A stretch of DNA of 64,000 nt from Callorhinchus milii (GCF_018977255.1 NW_024704743.1:27158001-27222000), one strand, 5' to 3'; counted from the first letter of the stretch, positions 1-13,851 are shown. The notes: generated by a model from the sequence alone, not told the origin. Made by a program: numbers and translations.

Positions 1-691
1 TGGCTGGTGCTGTGAGATTTCTTTTTGCATGATATAATTAGGAATGGCATCACAAAAATACAACTGCGATTACAATAATAGGTGGCATCTGATAGTCAGA
101 CTCAGCAATATGCAGCCAATGACTCCTCAGTGGGAGATCAAACTCAAATCAACTTCTAAACAGAAAGTTGAAAAACAGAAAAAAACAGAAACATTTTTTT
201 CTGCACTGAGCATAGGATTTTCATCTCCCACAAGCATCAGTACTATAATTTAAAACATCCACTTGTTGCTTGTGAATTGGGATCCCCAAATTGTATTAAC
301 TAGTTATGTGACAATTTGAATTACTTTACTGTTAATTGGTCATTGGCAAGCAGTTTGAAGCTTGTCAGACAATGGATGTCAAAGTGAATTTAGTTAGCTA
401 AATTCCAACAGTATCCCAACACACACTCCGGCGTCCCCAAACCTTTGCTCTCTCTAACGTGCATCTAATACTTTCTACTATTAGCTAAACAGATTGTTTC
501 TCCCTGGAGAGAATGTGTGGAATCCATTCCAGAGACAGAGAAATGTCCATGTGTAGGTGGCATACATTGTATCGTATGAAAGAAGAGAAGGTTAACACTC
601 CCCTTGATAAGGATGGAAGAGGCCCTTGTGGTCTTCACAACACATAATGGTTAAGGCATTGCCACTAACTTCGTGGCATCTAACCAGGTTT

Positions 692-1009
692 GTGGAGTCC
701 TGTAGCTCAGTGGTTAGAGCACTCAACTTGTAAGCGAGACACCTTGGTTCAATTCCAGGTAGGGCAAAACCTTAGGCAAGTTTCCTTACTCCACACACCT
801 AATAATAATCCCTCCAAAACAAAACAATAATAAATTGGTCACTGAATCCATCACTGTTTGTGGGATACTGCTGTGCGCAATTGGCTGCTGCATTTTGCCC
901 ACAAATATACAGTCAATTCAGTTTACATACAGTATATTCTGTGAACCGCTTTGAGATGTCTAGAAGGCATGAACAGCGTTACATCAAATGCAAAGATTAT
1001 TATTATTAT
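692..1009 (+). mobile_element. tRNA-Ala-derived SINE, short form, full length
   Basis: Head GTGGAGTCCTGTAGCTCAGTGGTTAGAGC (A box) and GGTTCAATTCC (B box), shared body CTGTTTGTGGGA..GCTGTGCGCAATTGGCTGC, tail ATCAAATGCAA.GATT(ATT)n; recurs about 12 times in the window. Confidence 0.9.
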
Positions 1010-2799
1010 ATGTGCAACACTCAGTCTAGTTTGGATACCCTTAATCATGGTGATGAGTTTCCGTGTGTATCAGGCACCCAGCTGACCAAACCAATTTCAA
1101 AAAGTGACACATGGTCATCTGAAATAAGGTAGAAGTTTGGTACAATACAAAACTACATTTCAGATATACATATGGGAAAATTCTTGAGTGTGCAATACTG
1201 TACTTGGTGAAGCTTCTGGCTCTTCAGAATTCACTGGTGCCTGATCAATCAAGACGCAGGCAATACAAGCAATCTATTTTGTTAACATCTGGATCATGGG
1301 GGATTAAAATGGTGCTGGTAGTAGCTGAAAGAATGATTATTATTTCATAACATGTGGTTTCACAACTCCACAGTGTATTAAACACTGGTGGATAAATGAA
1401 GTGAATCATGTCAGTGCAGAGGTAGGTAAAAAAAATAGTCTCTCAATGGACTGCCATACTATTTGATGCTTTTTAATAACAGTTTTTTCAAAAAATCTTT
1501 TTGAAACAACTGAAGAGCTAAACACTGCCAATAGATTTTATATTGTGGGATCTTTAACTTCCACCTGAACAGGTAAATGGGGTCTATTTTATTGATGTCT
1601 CATCTGATACATTGTATATTTGTATCCACGTCATTCACAAGTGATCACAAGAGAGGTACGGATAAAGAAAGCCCTTCAGGGCCCTTCCTCACAGAATGTC
1701 CTTTACCTTCTTCCCATTACAACCTTAAGCTGATCTCTGCCAACCTTCCCGATAACCCTTTCCAGCTGCTTATCAGTCTTTGTGTAAAGATATAATTCCT
1801 CATATATGTCTTGAAATTGACCCTCACAATTCTGCATCTGTGTTTCCTGTTGTATTGGTGTGTGGCCATTTTGCTCTTATTCTGGGACATGGGGTGATAT
1901 CAAACACACCTTCAAACTTGTCTCAGTTCACAACCAGTGATAATTTTGGTCGAGTAAATGAAAAAGGAATTTTAGCGAATTCAACTTAAGCCCCAGTCAC
2001 TGAGCAGTAAGTAATTTTTAAATGTCTTTCCAGCACTTGGGGAAGGAATTCTGTGATTTGTATTTAATCAGTGTTCAATTAAATTAATTAAGAAGAAAAA
2101 TAATATAATGACATACAGAGTTTAACATGTGCACAAGTGCGTACACTTAATACAATGCAAGAGATTGGCTCCATCGATTATGGGTAAGAGTGGTTCAGTG
2201 TGCTGATGGAAAAGCCAGAGAGACGTAATGCTATGATGAGCACTTTGGTCCTGTTTTATCCTGTTGAAGCTGCAGTACTGATAGATTATTATTTCCTGAA
2301 GTGTGTTATTACATCCAGTACATTAGATAATAAAACTCCATGATTGTCGTTTTGTGTTGGTGGAGATCCAAATTAAGACCATGTTACAGTGTGTGATTTA
2401 GTTTAGAGGATATTGAAGAATGTAATGAATCTTTTTGTATTAGTTTTGTTAGAACTGATTTAGCAGAACTTTACATTCCTTATTAGCGAAACAAATGTGC
2501 AAAATCCATTGCTAAAATATCACATCTTTTGAATTATAATTACAGTTTCAGACTTATAAACCAAAATGGCCCACAATCCAGTCACTTTAAAACTTTCCAG
2601 CAAGCTTTTGCCCACAAATACACAGTCACTACACTTGAGAGTAAATTCTGTGTAGCGAGTTGAGATGTACAGTGTCTTGATGTGAAAGGCACAACACTAA
2701 ATGCAAGGATTATTATTGTTATTTTACTTGCTTGCTTAACGTTTCATAGAATAATGAAGAGCTATGGTATACAATTTAGCATTACTTACAAAGTTTAAA

Positions 2800-3012
2800 A
2801 GGAATGTACAGCATGGAAACAGGACATTTGGCCTAACTAGTCCATGCCAGTTTTATACTACACACAATTCCACCCACACTTTTACTCCCACTCATACACC
2901 TTCTCTTCCCCTCTCCCTCATGTGAAGGTCTAACTTCCCTTGAATGCATCTTCTCTATCTGATTTAGCCACTGCTTCAGGCAAGAAGAACCACAATCTCA
3001 CTACCCTCTGCA
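2800..3012 (-). mobile_element. CR1-like LINE 3' end fragment
   Basis: GTACAGCATGGAAACAGG..TTTGGCC..CTAGTCCATGCCAG motif, repeated at 10515 and similar at 35582; resembles an antisense CR1 3' UTR. Confidence 0.6.
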
Positions 3013-3509
3013 CTCATAAGTTATCATGTCAGCCCCTCATACGATATCATTGTTAACTCACGATGCCTCATACCGCCCCATAATTCACGATGCCTCACAC
3101 ATTGTACAATACCTCTGTATATACATACTGAGTAATCAAAAATGGCATCAGCCTGAACTAGAGACAATGCAACAACAAATTTAGATTGACTAATTCTTAG
3201 ACCAGAGCAGCTAAAGCTGAACACTTAATGGTCTTCATTTGCTAAGTAGAATACTCAGTAGGTTACAAGGGAGACATTCCTATCCCGAGCCCTGATCAAC
3301 AGCTACAAGGTAGTTTGACTGTAAAATGAATAGGAAAAGGAAATGTTTATGGTGGAATGCCAAATCCATATTTATGTTTTTAGTGTTGGCTTTGTAGAAC
3401 ATGCAGGATTGTTGACATCATCTGATTTCGACAGATAGGTTCCAAGTATGTATTCCACTTTCTAGCATCCTTAACTTTTATCTTATTCAAACTATAATGA
3501 TAATAATGA

Positions 3510-3780
3510 TTATAATAATTCTTGAATTTGATACCGTGCCTTTCATGTCAGAAAGTCATCTCAGAGACCATCACAGGATTATTACCGTAAATTGTGCATT
3601 TGTAGACTGTCAATTTGGACACAGCAATGTCCCACAACAGCCGTGAAATGAATGATCAACTGTAATGAGAGATTTTTGGTTGGGACACTGCCTTCAATTT
3701 TCAAATTGTGCTATGGAATTTCTTTAACATCCACCTAAAAAAGGTGGCATCCCCAGCACTACATTGGATTATCAGCAATA
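3510..3780 (-). mobile_element. Degraded DeuSINE/SacSINE-like fragment
   Basis: Antisense SINE tail plus CACAGCAATGTCCCACAA..TGCTATGGAATT..TTTAACATCCACCT core motifs shared with other copies. Confidence 0.6.
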
Positions 3781-4434
3781 TAAGGTGAATGTTCATCAGT
3801 GAGAGTTTACAATGCAGTAGGTTCATTATGACTATGTGCATTTAGGGCTCCTAGTACCTTGGCTTCTGCCAACTAGGGACCATGTTGTCTATACACAAAC
3901 CTATTCCTCTCCTGAGGAAAGATTATGCACCGCAGAGAACATGCAAACAGAAAATGCAACTATGAGTTCTCCAAAACTGGGAGTACAGATTCATAAGCAT
4001 GAGCAACGACTTTCTGTGGATCAAACTGTCAGCAGACTAAAAATGTTTTGCATATGATATTGATTTATAATTCCATTTTGAGGATGAATTGCTCAAGATA
4101 TATTGATATTGAGTTGTACTTGGCAATAAGTCAATGAAAACCAAATGAATTGATTAGATATTCAAATCTAAAGTTTCCAATCAGTGGCAACTAAGAGGCT
4201 TACTTTGTTGAGGAGAAATACATGTTCAGTATGTTTTGACATTTTTATAGATACAAACCTGCTAAACCATTTAAGACATCCTCCCTATGTGACCGCTGCT
4301 ATATAAATGCAGATTGTATTCCGTAAGCATTTTCGGCCAAATTTATCAACACAACCAATAAACAAAAATCCACTGATAACTAAAAGCATTCCGATGACCT
4401 GGAGATTCCACTCATGTTGCCAAAATGCACAGTA

Positions 4435-4803
4435 ATTTAATCCTTGCATTTGGTCTAGCAGCTTTCATGTTAAGAGGACAATTCACGATTTAATGTGAAA
4501 TGGAGTGAAAACGTTTATGAGCTAACACAGCAGTCCATTTGGCACACAGCAATGTCCCATAAACATCCATAAAGTGAATGACCATTTTGTTTTGGGGATG
4601 TTATTGGTGAGGAAACCGGGAGAAAGTCCATTCTCTTTTTGAATAGTGCCATGGGATCTTTAATGTCAACATGACACCTCTCTTGATGCAACACAACCCC
4701 ATTGAGGTGTCATCTTAGACTATGTGAGTTCAAAGTCCCGTCGTGGGTCTTGAACTCATAATCTTCTGACTCAGAGACAATAGTGCTATCAAGTGAGCCA
4801 GCC
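4435..4803 (-). mobile_element. DeuSINE/SacSINE-like SINE, near full length, degraded
   Basis: Antisense tRNA-like head (CTTGAACTCATAATCTTCTGACTCAGAG..GTGAGCCA), core GAATAGTGCCATGGGATCTTTAATGTC, tail TCCTTGCATTTG. Confidence 0.7.
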
Positions 4804-6486
4804 TGCAGAGCAGCATTTCAGACTGCCCAACAGTGGCGGAGTACAACACCGGGGGAGGGGGAGGTGACCGTAGGCACCTCATAAATAATAACCTGAAATC
4901 TTCTTCATCTGAACCTCCTCTTTGAAGGGTTCCATGGTGGCTCACCCTGGCTTTACTGGATACCATTTTGGAATGGACAAAAGTATATTTTCAGTATGGA
5001 GGGTAACAATCCTAATAAGGAAGTGTGTATGGTAAGAATGAACCTCCAGTTTGATGGATGGGACTGAATAGACCAATGTCCATTGTGTTTTTATCTCAGA
5101 GGATCACCCAGAAGCTCTGAAAATAAATCTCACCAATCGCATGAAGCATACTAAAGTAAGTGAGATTTCTGTTTTCATCCACACAGTTCAGGCTGAAATG
5201 GGAATGGGTCCGTTTGGTGAATCATGATAAATTGTAATGCATCTTACATAATAGCTTGAAACCACAATCTGTTCAAAAATGTTCTTGTGCCATTAATATG
5301 TAATTTTGCTGCAGACTCACTGGTGCGTGATTACCTAATGTTTTTTAAAATGCTGCTGTGTTGAATGATGTCTGAAAGAAATTGAACTGCTTTTCAGACC
5401 TTATTGAATACATCCAATAACCATTGGAGGGAACAAGTAGTGAACCCCAGAATAATTGAGATTCTCCCACTCTGTGGATGCTGTGCTTCTGATGATCATT
5501 ATGGAGACATTTGAATGCATGACGGCGGTGGTGGTGGGGGGTGTGGTGGGGGTTGACGGAAAGATGGAATGACAGAAAGAGGAGTCACAAAAAGGTCTGA
5601 TGAATACTTACTGCAAGTATTGTGACTGAATTGTTCAAAAGCCACAATAAATTGCAACTGCATTTTATCATGCAATGTTGATTACCATTTTCAACTCGAT
5701 TTGTAATTTAGGATCTGTGCACAAACATGAAGAGTCATGTTATTATTGATCCGTAGGTTCAGTGATATGGAGGCTGAACTGTATGTTAATTCTGTCTCCA
5801 TATTTCTCTGAACACAAGTGAGGAGCTGCCAGATGTTCATAAATCTACAAAGTCTTAAAGCACAAGGAACAAAACTGAGTGCCACCATTAACAACCACTG
5901 CAACATCTGCCCTACATAACAACTCGGAGATTGGCACCCATGATAACACAGGATGAAAAGGGAGCATTGGATGATTCATGATGCCAGAGGGACCAGCAGT
6001 TCTAGTTATTTCACAGATATAGCAATCAAGTCTGATAAACCCATCAGCGCAAAAATGATAATGCAAATCAGAGTGACAGAGCTGTGAGAAAGGTAGTTTC
6101 CAGACAACTAACAATAAGGTAGAATAAAGTTCAAATAATATTTGGAGCTTACTATAATTCCATGAAAATAAAACTTGTTCTACGGGCACCATTGAAGCTA
6201 GATTTTCTAAAATTAATTTTCTGCTTGATATCCTTTGCAACCACATTAGTGATTTCCACTTTTGTTGGGGACAATTCACCAGCTTATCCTTATAGTACGT
6301 GGTACCTGTGAACATCCTCACCAAAGCGCATCCTCAATAAGAATTAGAATGGTCACCTTCTCCTCCTTTGTCCCTTGCTAGGGCAGCCCCTTACTGCCAC
6401 GGTGCCCAGGACGTGGCCATATAGATGTTTAAGGTGAAGAAGATTTTGTGTGGAAACCAACAGCTTGCTAACGTGTTCCTTTACTT

Positions 6487-7815
6487 TTGAAGGTCCTTGA
6501 AAGAATCGTTGCTTCCCAGCTTCGCTCATTCCTCTCCTACCATTCCCTTCACGAGTCCCTCCAATCAGGTTTCCATGCTGCTCACAGCAAGGAAACTGCT
6601 CTGGTCAAGGTGACAAACAACATTTTGTCCATCTGTGACAAGGGCACCCTCTGCCTCCTCGTCCTTCTCGACCTCTCTGCTGCCTTTGATACCATGGACC
6701 ACTCCATCCTCCTCCACCACCTTTCCTCTCACCTCAACCATCAAGGTTCTATCTTATCTCTCATACCGTCTCCAATTTATCTCTTCCAACAGTTTGTCAT
6801 CCAGTCACCACACAATCTTGCATAGTGTTCCTCAGGGCTCTGTCTTCAGTAGCCTCCTCTTCAACCTGTACATGCTTCCCCTTGGTGACATCATCCGCAG
6901 ACATGGGGTCAACTTTCACATGTACACGGATGTCACCCAACTCTATCTCTCTGCCTCCACCCTCGATTCCAGGATGAACTGATATGCTGAAAGACTGTCC
7001 GACATCAAGTCCTGGATGTGAGCCAACTTTCTACAGCTGAATGTTAGCAAGACTGAGGCCCTCCTGATTGGCTCGAACCAGGGCTCAACACTTCAGGCAC
7101 TGGCAGCATCAACATCCACGGTTGCACAATCCACCTCACCAAGCCAGTCAAGAACCTGAACATCTTGTTCGACCCTCAACTATCGTTTCTACCCCATTAT
7201 CTGTGCCATGACCCGCTCTGCCTTCCCCACCTCTGCAACATCCCCCACTGCCTCACCCCTTAGGATGCCAAAGCCCTCATACACGCATGTGTTACCTCAA
7301 GGCTCGACTACAGAAACTTCCTCCCAACTCTTTCCACCACAAGCTGCAAATCATTCAGAACTCTGCAGCTCGTGTCCTCTCCCGCACCAGGCTCCGCGAC
7401 TCCATCACACTCACCCTCACCCGGCTCCACTGGCTCCTCATCCCTCAGAGCATAGAATTCAAAATCCTCATCCTCACTTTCAAGGCCCTCCATGGCCTTT
7501 TCCCCCTCCTACATCTCTGACCTGCTGACCCCCTTTCAACCTGTCCACTCCCTCTGCTCAGCAGGCTCCATCGGCGGCCAGGCTTTCAGCCTCTCTGCTC
7601 CCACTCTTTGGAACTCCATTCCAGAATCCCTTTGCCTTGCTAACTCCCTCTCTTGACCTACCTTTTCAACCTTGCCTTCAGCCGCCCTCCTACCCCCTCT
7701 GCCCACCCTCATCCCAACCCGGCCCCATACATTGATCATGATCCCTGACTATTCAGCGCCTTCACAATGTGAAAGGCACTTTACAAATGTAATTTTGTTG
7801 TTGTAGTTGTTGTTT
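6487..7815 (+). mobile_element. L2 LINE, 5'-truncated, frameshifted RT to 3' tail
   Basis: ORFs with [31 protein letters not shown] (degenerate YADD), [23 protein letters not shown]; ends GTGAAAGGCACT..AAATGTAATTTT(GTT)n. Confidence 0.9.
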
Positions 7816-8301
7816 CCTTTTTAGAATGTTATTATTTGCTGTTTTTCAGCACTAGCGACGGGACAAACATGTGGTTTTCTCCTTAATTTTAATAATTAAT
7901 TAGGATAGTTGGTACTGTATACCCTGCTTTGTTGTGACATTTTTTACTGTCGTCTTAACAGATATGTGTTATCCTTTCCTTATAATGAACATACTAATGA
8001 GGACAATAGAACCAAATGGTTTCTCTTGTTTCATGAAAGTTGGCACCCAACAATCTATCCCAAGAAAATAAGTTGTGATTCAGTATTGATAAAGAAAGGA
8101 CTTTATTCAGAATGTCAAAGTAGGATAATGGACGTTTAGCCTCAACTACTGACCTCATTAGCTATAAGAACAGGAAACAATACCCAAATTCCTTAAAGGT
8201 TAGGACATTGGTGACGCATGTACATACTCTGCATATGGAAAGATGATTGAATAAAACAGTTGTAAAATATGATAGGACAATTCAACTTTGAAGTTTGATT
8301 A

Positions 8302-8672
8302 TTAGTAATAAAAATAATCCTTGCATTTGATATATTGCCTTATCACATCTTCAGGACATCTCAAAATTCTTCACACAATATACTTTAAAGTGAAAAATAT
8401 ATATTTTGTGAGCAAAACGTGACAGCCAATTGCGCACAGCAGTGTCTTGTAAACAGCTGTGGATTGAGTGATCAAATTTTTTTTTTAAAAAATCAAGGGT
8501 TTATTACCTCCAGAACAGAGTTCCTCCAATCGACTAACAACTGGGTTCCTATTTACTGCTAAACAGAGGCGTGTGGAGTAAAGAAACTTGCCTAAGGTTT
8601 TGCCCGGGAATCAAACCCAGGCCCTCTTGCTTGCGAAACGAACGCTCTAACCACTAAACTACATGATTCCAC
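8302..8672 (-). mobile_element. tRNA-Ala-derived SINE, long form
   Basis: Reverse complement of the SINE head, the ~60 bp long-form internal segment and the tail. Confidence 0.88.
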
Positions 8673-9326
8673 AAGATTAGGCAAAGCAACCTTTTGAACT
8701 CCGCTTTTGCCTGAAAGGGTCACATGGATTAACTTTGGGGTAATAAAAGATGGAAATTTGGTTAAATTCAATGAAGAAGAGTCTAGAGGAAAGTTAGTAC
8801 CACAGATTACAGCCAAATCTTCCCAGAGAAAATAACTGATCACATCCACTCCCTGTGTTAGTTCCTACTTTATTATGTTATCATAATATTGAACTGTCGC
8901 TACTATACTTAACCGCATTCCAATTGAGTCTTTTTTATGTATGTTTGTCTGTTTACATTTATTCTTAGTTAGGAACTAATTTGATTGAAACTCTTACTGG
9001 CATGGTTTGTTGCCTTGCAAGTTATCTCTACACTGTATAGCATGAGTATGACTTCTGGGGATCTGACCTCAACTAATTTGTGCACTTTGCCTCTCTACAC
9101 ATGTCTCTACACATGTCTACATATGTTTTACAGGTTGCAGGGAATAGATCTCTGTTGAGAGTACAATTATAATGTACTAGCTGGATTCAATTGTAGCAAA
9201 CGGCCACAAAACAGGAGTCCTAACATTAACACATCACTGAGGATAACCTCCAATGGAATGACAATTGCAGTACAGTGAAAACTTACTATTGAAGGCAATC
9301 AATAGACTCTCCTGTTTTCCCCTCAG

Positions 9327-9392
9327 GATTGAGGTGGTGTTTGGGATTCTGCTCACCACCAGATTTAATAAGGGGGAAACACAACTTGAATG
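9327..9392 (+). other. Candidate 66-nt internal exon of an unidentified transcript
   Basis: Acceptor ctctcctgttttcccctcAG and donor TG|GTAAGT; two frames open but no recognisable protein. Confidence 0.35.
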
Positions 9393-10514
9393 GTAAGTTG
9401 CCTTTATTGCTTAGATATCACAAAGTGAGGTTCTACTGTATTCTTAAATGTATTCTGTTCCATGGTTATGATAGGGGATAATTAAGGAACATTAAATGCG
9501 TTTAGGAATGCTACAATTTGTATCCGTGGAATGCTAAAGTGGCCATGGATTGTATTTGTAAAAATGCATTCCCTCTCCAACAGAGGAAACAATCTACTTT
9601 ATGCACTCTCCTCATTCTTTTTATGCTATGTAATTCCCAATCGGAACTTTGCAGAGAGGATCTAGTGTACTAGTAATTACACGGAGTAAACATCATCTCA
9701 CTAAAAACATTTTACAATCCTCTGGTTGAATCAGTATTATTAAATATTGAGTAATTTTCTTTGCAATGAACAATAAAATTATGTAATATTCAAGGGGAAC
9801 CACTCATATTTCTTTCTGCTACGTGAGCATGGATTGTTACCAGACACATAGGATTAACGTGGATTCGCCCTGCCCAGAAATTGATTTAATTTAAATTGAT
9901 TTAAAATCATTTAAATTAAACTGCAGGTATTAAACCAGGCTAATATAATTGAATAACATTTTCACTTTCTGAACCATTTATTACCATCAATACATAAAGC
10001 ATTTTGATAGACTATTACAAAGTTTGTTAAAAAAATGAATTATGCATCATCTAGTCAGCAACTAGCAAGTTTACTTAGTGTGTGACCTTTATTTTTAAAA
10101 TGCAATTTAACTAAAGTGAGGTTTACAGGCTCATTCAAGTCTTGCTCCAAGTCAACTGTGTGGGATATCCTCTCAATGTGAATGCTGCTATAAGTTGTAA
10201 TAAACAACTCCAGAAATTTCCAAATATTCAAATTGCTAAATATTCCAAATATCTAAGGGGATCTGGGAATCTGGGAGGAGATAAAACAGTTATGGTGCAG
10301 TTCTTAAAAAGAACTCCAGAATACTGCCTTCCAACTTAAATCCAGAATTCAATTAAATTGATTTAATGTAATCAATTTAATCTAAAACTAAGGTTGAAAG
10401 CTAAGAACAAGAGAAATGTTGAGCCTCTGACTTGATAACATTTGTATTTAAATAATGATTAACTCAAAAATGCCATGATCCTGTCCAACAATAACAGACA
10501 AAATTCTTGGAACA

Positions 10515-10670
10515 CTTACAAAAAATGTACAGCACGGAAACAGGTCATTCAGCCCAACCAGTCCGTGCCAGTGTTTATACTCCACATAAATCTCTACCCA
10601 TTCCTTATTCCTTCCCATAGCCTTCTATTCCCCTGCCCCTCATGTGGAAGTCTAGGTTCCTTTTAAATGA
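10515..10670 (-). mobile_element. CR1-like 3' end fragment
   Basis: GTACAGCACGGAAACAGGTCATTCAGCCCAACCAGTCCGTGCCAG, same family as 2800. Confidence 0.65.
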
Positions 10671-11089
10671 ATTATTGTGGAAAAAGCATGAACTAATAGT
10701 CTGTTTTATTAGGTTCTGCCTAATATCTCTGATTCACCAGGTTGTGGTTTCAAGCCCAATGTCAGGACACTACAATGCAAAATTCTAGGAGCACTTAATT
10801 GTCAGAGATGCCGTACTTTGGATGAAAATGTGAAGCACATTGAGATGTGATAAGACGCTACAGTAAATGTAAGGATTTATTATTAAATCAAAACAATTTC
10901 ATTCTGTGCCACTACTTGATTTAGATTGGACTGGAGAGACCTAACATCCATATCATTAAACATCCATGTCCCAAAGTTTAAAAAGCAACATAGAGAAGGG
11001 GACCTCATTACGCTGGAGACAATCTGCACAATGCTTGCAGTTGGAGTTAACAAGGATATCAGTGAGAGGAGGCAGGAAGCTCAATGATT

Positions 11090-11385
11090 AATACGAGAGG
11101 GCATAGATTTAAGGTAATTATCACATTACAATAGAAGAGATAAGGAGGTTTTTATTACACATAAAAGGTTGTTAGGTTGTGAAATGCCCTAGCTGGAATC
11201 ATGGTTGAGATTGAATCCTTATGTTTTAAAGAGAAAATTAGATGAATGTCTGAAAAGGAGAAATCTAAAAGGATAGAGCTAAAAAGCAGGAGAATGGAAC
11301 TAAAATAGATAGACCTTCAACAGTGACAGTACAGCCATGATTGGCTGAATGGTTTTCCTTCTGTGTTTTAAATGTCTATGGTTCA
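11090..11385 (+). mobile_element. CR1-like LINE 3' region
   Basis: GAGAGGGCATAGATTTAAGGTAA..GGTTGTTAGG..AATGCCCT..GGCTGAATGG..CTTCTGTG..CTATG pattern typical of CR1 ORF2 end and 3' UTR. Confidence 0.65.
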
Positions 11386-11574
11386 ATGACTGGGGTACAG
11401 ATTTGGGGCACACAGTACAATTCTCATCACTTGGCTGTTGTTAATCAAAGGCTAGGAATGTCTTAGTTGCACCCCCCACCCCCACACACACACACGTCAT
11501 CCCAGGAAACAAACAAAACTCTGCTTATGTTAATTTGATACTAGCTGGAACTGAAGGCTCTTACACATTTCATG

Positions 11575-12188
11575 GGGTTTCCCTGCATGTCATCATTACA
11601 TCTCGACTATGCTAACTCCCTGCTTGTCAGCCTTCCCATCTCTTCCCTCCACAAGCTGCTGATCATCCAGAACTCTGCAACTCATGTCTTCTCCCACACC
11701 AGGCTCTGTGACCCCATCACCCCCACCCTCGCCCGGTTCCACTGGTTTCCATCCCCCAGAGGATAGAGTTCAAAATCCTCGTCCTCACCTTCAAAGTTCT
11801 TCATGGCCTTGCTTCATATACCTCTGTTACCTGCTGACTTCATATTGATCTGTCCGCTCCCTCCACTCAGCAGTCTCCGGACTGCTCCACGTCCCCCGCC
11901 CGCCCGACCCCACCATCGGTGGTTGGGCCTTCAGCCTCTCTGCCCCCACCATTTGGAATTCCATCCCACAGTCCCTTTGCCTTGCTCCCTCCGTTGCCTC
12001 CTTGTTTCAAGACCCTCCTCTTTGACCGCGCCTGCAGTCACCCTCGTAAACCCTCCCTGCCCGCTACCCCATCCTGATTCCAAGCCCTTGCTCGGGATCA
12101 AATCCCTGACTGTCCAGCGCCTTGGGAAGTCCTCCCGAAGTTAAAAACACTATACAAATGTAATTTGTTGTTCTTTGTTGTTGCTGTT
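11575..12188 (+). mobile_element. L2 LINE 3' fragment
   Basis: LDYANSLL..LHKL.IIQNSA..L.RFHW motif and (GTT)n tail. Confidence 0.88.
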
Positions 12189-13851
12189 GACAGCCTCTGA
12201 CCAAAACAAGAATGATTCGAAAGACAATTTGACCACCGTTTACCAAGACAGAATCACTTGCCTAGCATTATAAAACACATTGTTCCCAGAGGCTGCAGCA
12301 GTTAGCAAATTGATTTTAGAACATTCATAGTCACATAGTGAAGGAACACTTATGTCAACTGAAAATAATATGAAATCCTGTTTGAAATGTATCAGATGGA
12401 ACCGGCTTATTCAATCAGATTTTAACTTCTTTTTCAGAATGCACTGTGGCTAAAAATTGCATCGTTGCGTGTTGATTTGAATCTGAAAATAAATAATAAA
12501 AGTCCCAAGCTATCACCAACAGAACCTGAAGCGCTGATGAGTTCTGTGAAGACATTTTTGAGCTGCAGCTACAGAATAAAATATTCGGAGGTGGTTATAC
12601 ACTGCTTGTCCTTCGACGTTCAGCTACTGTTGCAGTGACTGGAAACATGAGGCTCGCTCATGCATTGAAGCTATTGTATGAAGTCAGATACAATTAATGA
12701 TTCACAAGTCTATCTCAATGCCAATACATATTTAGATTTTCTTGATATTTCATCAACCTTTATGCAAGATATATAAATATCTTTATATATTGTACATTTT
12801 ATATTGTATAATTTATATACTGCTTCGAGGAAATGGCACATCTTATGGAAAATAACGCTTGGAAGTTTGCTGAAAAAATAAAACTGTTTATGCCCAAAGA
12901 TCATAAAGAAGGGAAGTCATTAACTTGAGAATTGTTTGGAATTTGTAGACTTTTTTTCCTTGCTTTGCGGACGGTGACTTAATTGAGGTACTCTACTGCC
13001 TGCATAATTTGCCTCAGCCCAACCATTTCCATAAAGCTTTTCCAAACAGGTTGAATCTTGACCGTGTGGATGCATTTGTAATTGAGTGCATAGTGGACCC
13101 AGTCTTCAGTACAAGTCAGCAGCAGCACCAGGTAATGGGCATGAAGGATGAAACATGATCGACATTTAATTTAATGATTTATAGTCACACATCACATCTG
13201 AACAAATAGCCTTCATTTGTTACAGTAGGAAAGCATTAATAATAAGCCTGACTGCGTGAACTTGCTGTAAACAGAACTCAGCTTGTTTCCCTTCCCCGAT
13301 CACCTTTGTCAGTTGCCTTTCTTTATTAAGTTACAAGAAATGAAACAGATATAGATACTGCTGTCAACCATCCACATTACTGTTTTCCCAAAGCTGAATC
13401 CAAATTTAATTAAATTTTGATATGATGGTGTACAATGTGGGTATAAAAAATTAATAGATTTTCATTTTGTATTTTCCTAGATTCTAGAACCATTTGTCTC
13501 ACTGACTGTATTGAAATTATGACTGTCCTTTTGCTCTTTTGTTTATTCGGTACTGCAAGAAATTCCATTGGTATTCTCTTATAAATACTTTAACCTCCCT
13601 CTTTGCTCCAGAGAGGCTTTCAATGCAGCTCTGCAGTTTAGCAGAATATTTGGGCCTGTTTCCTGGAGAAAATTAGATTCAAGAAGAGTATGGCACTTCT
13701 CATTGAAATTTTCAAACTTAATATTAAATCTTTATATTAAAAAAAGCAGTGTAACTTTAAAATTATATAACTATGAATGCCTGCCATCCACTATGTAAAC
13801 TTTTATTATGCAGTCCTACCCACTTGTCTCAAACACATTTATATCAACATT

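Noticed and set aside
3055..3098. Small tandem duplications (TCACGATGCCTCA twice; also near 9092, 30231, 35333, 41198 and 59245)
   Set aside because: Ordinary slippage-scale duplications with no further structure.
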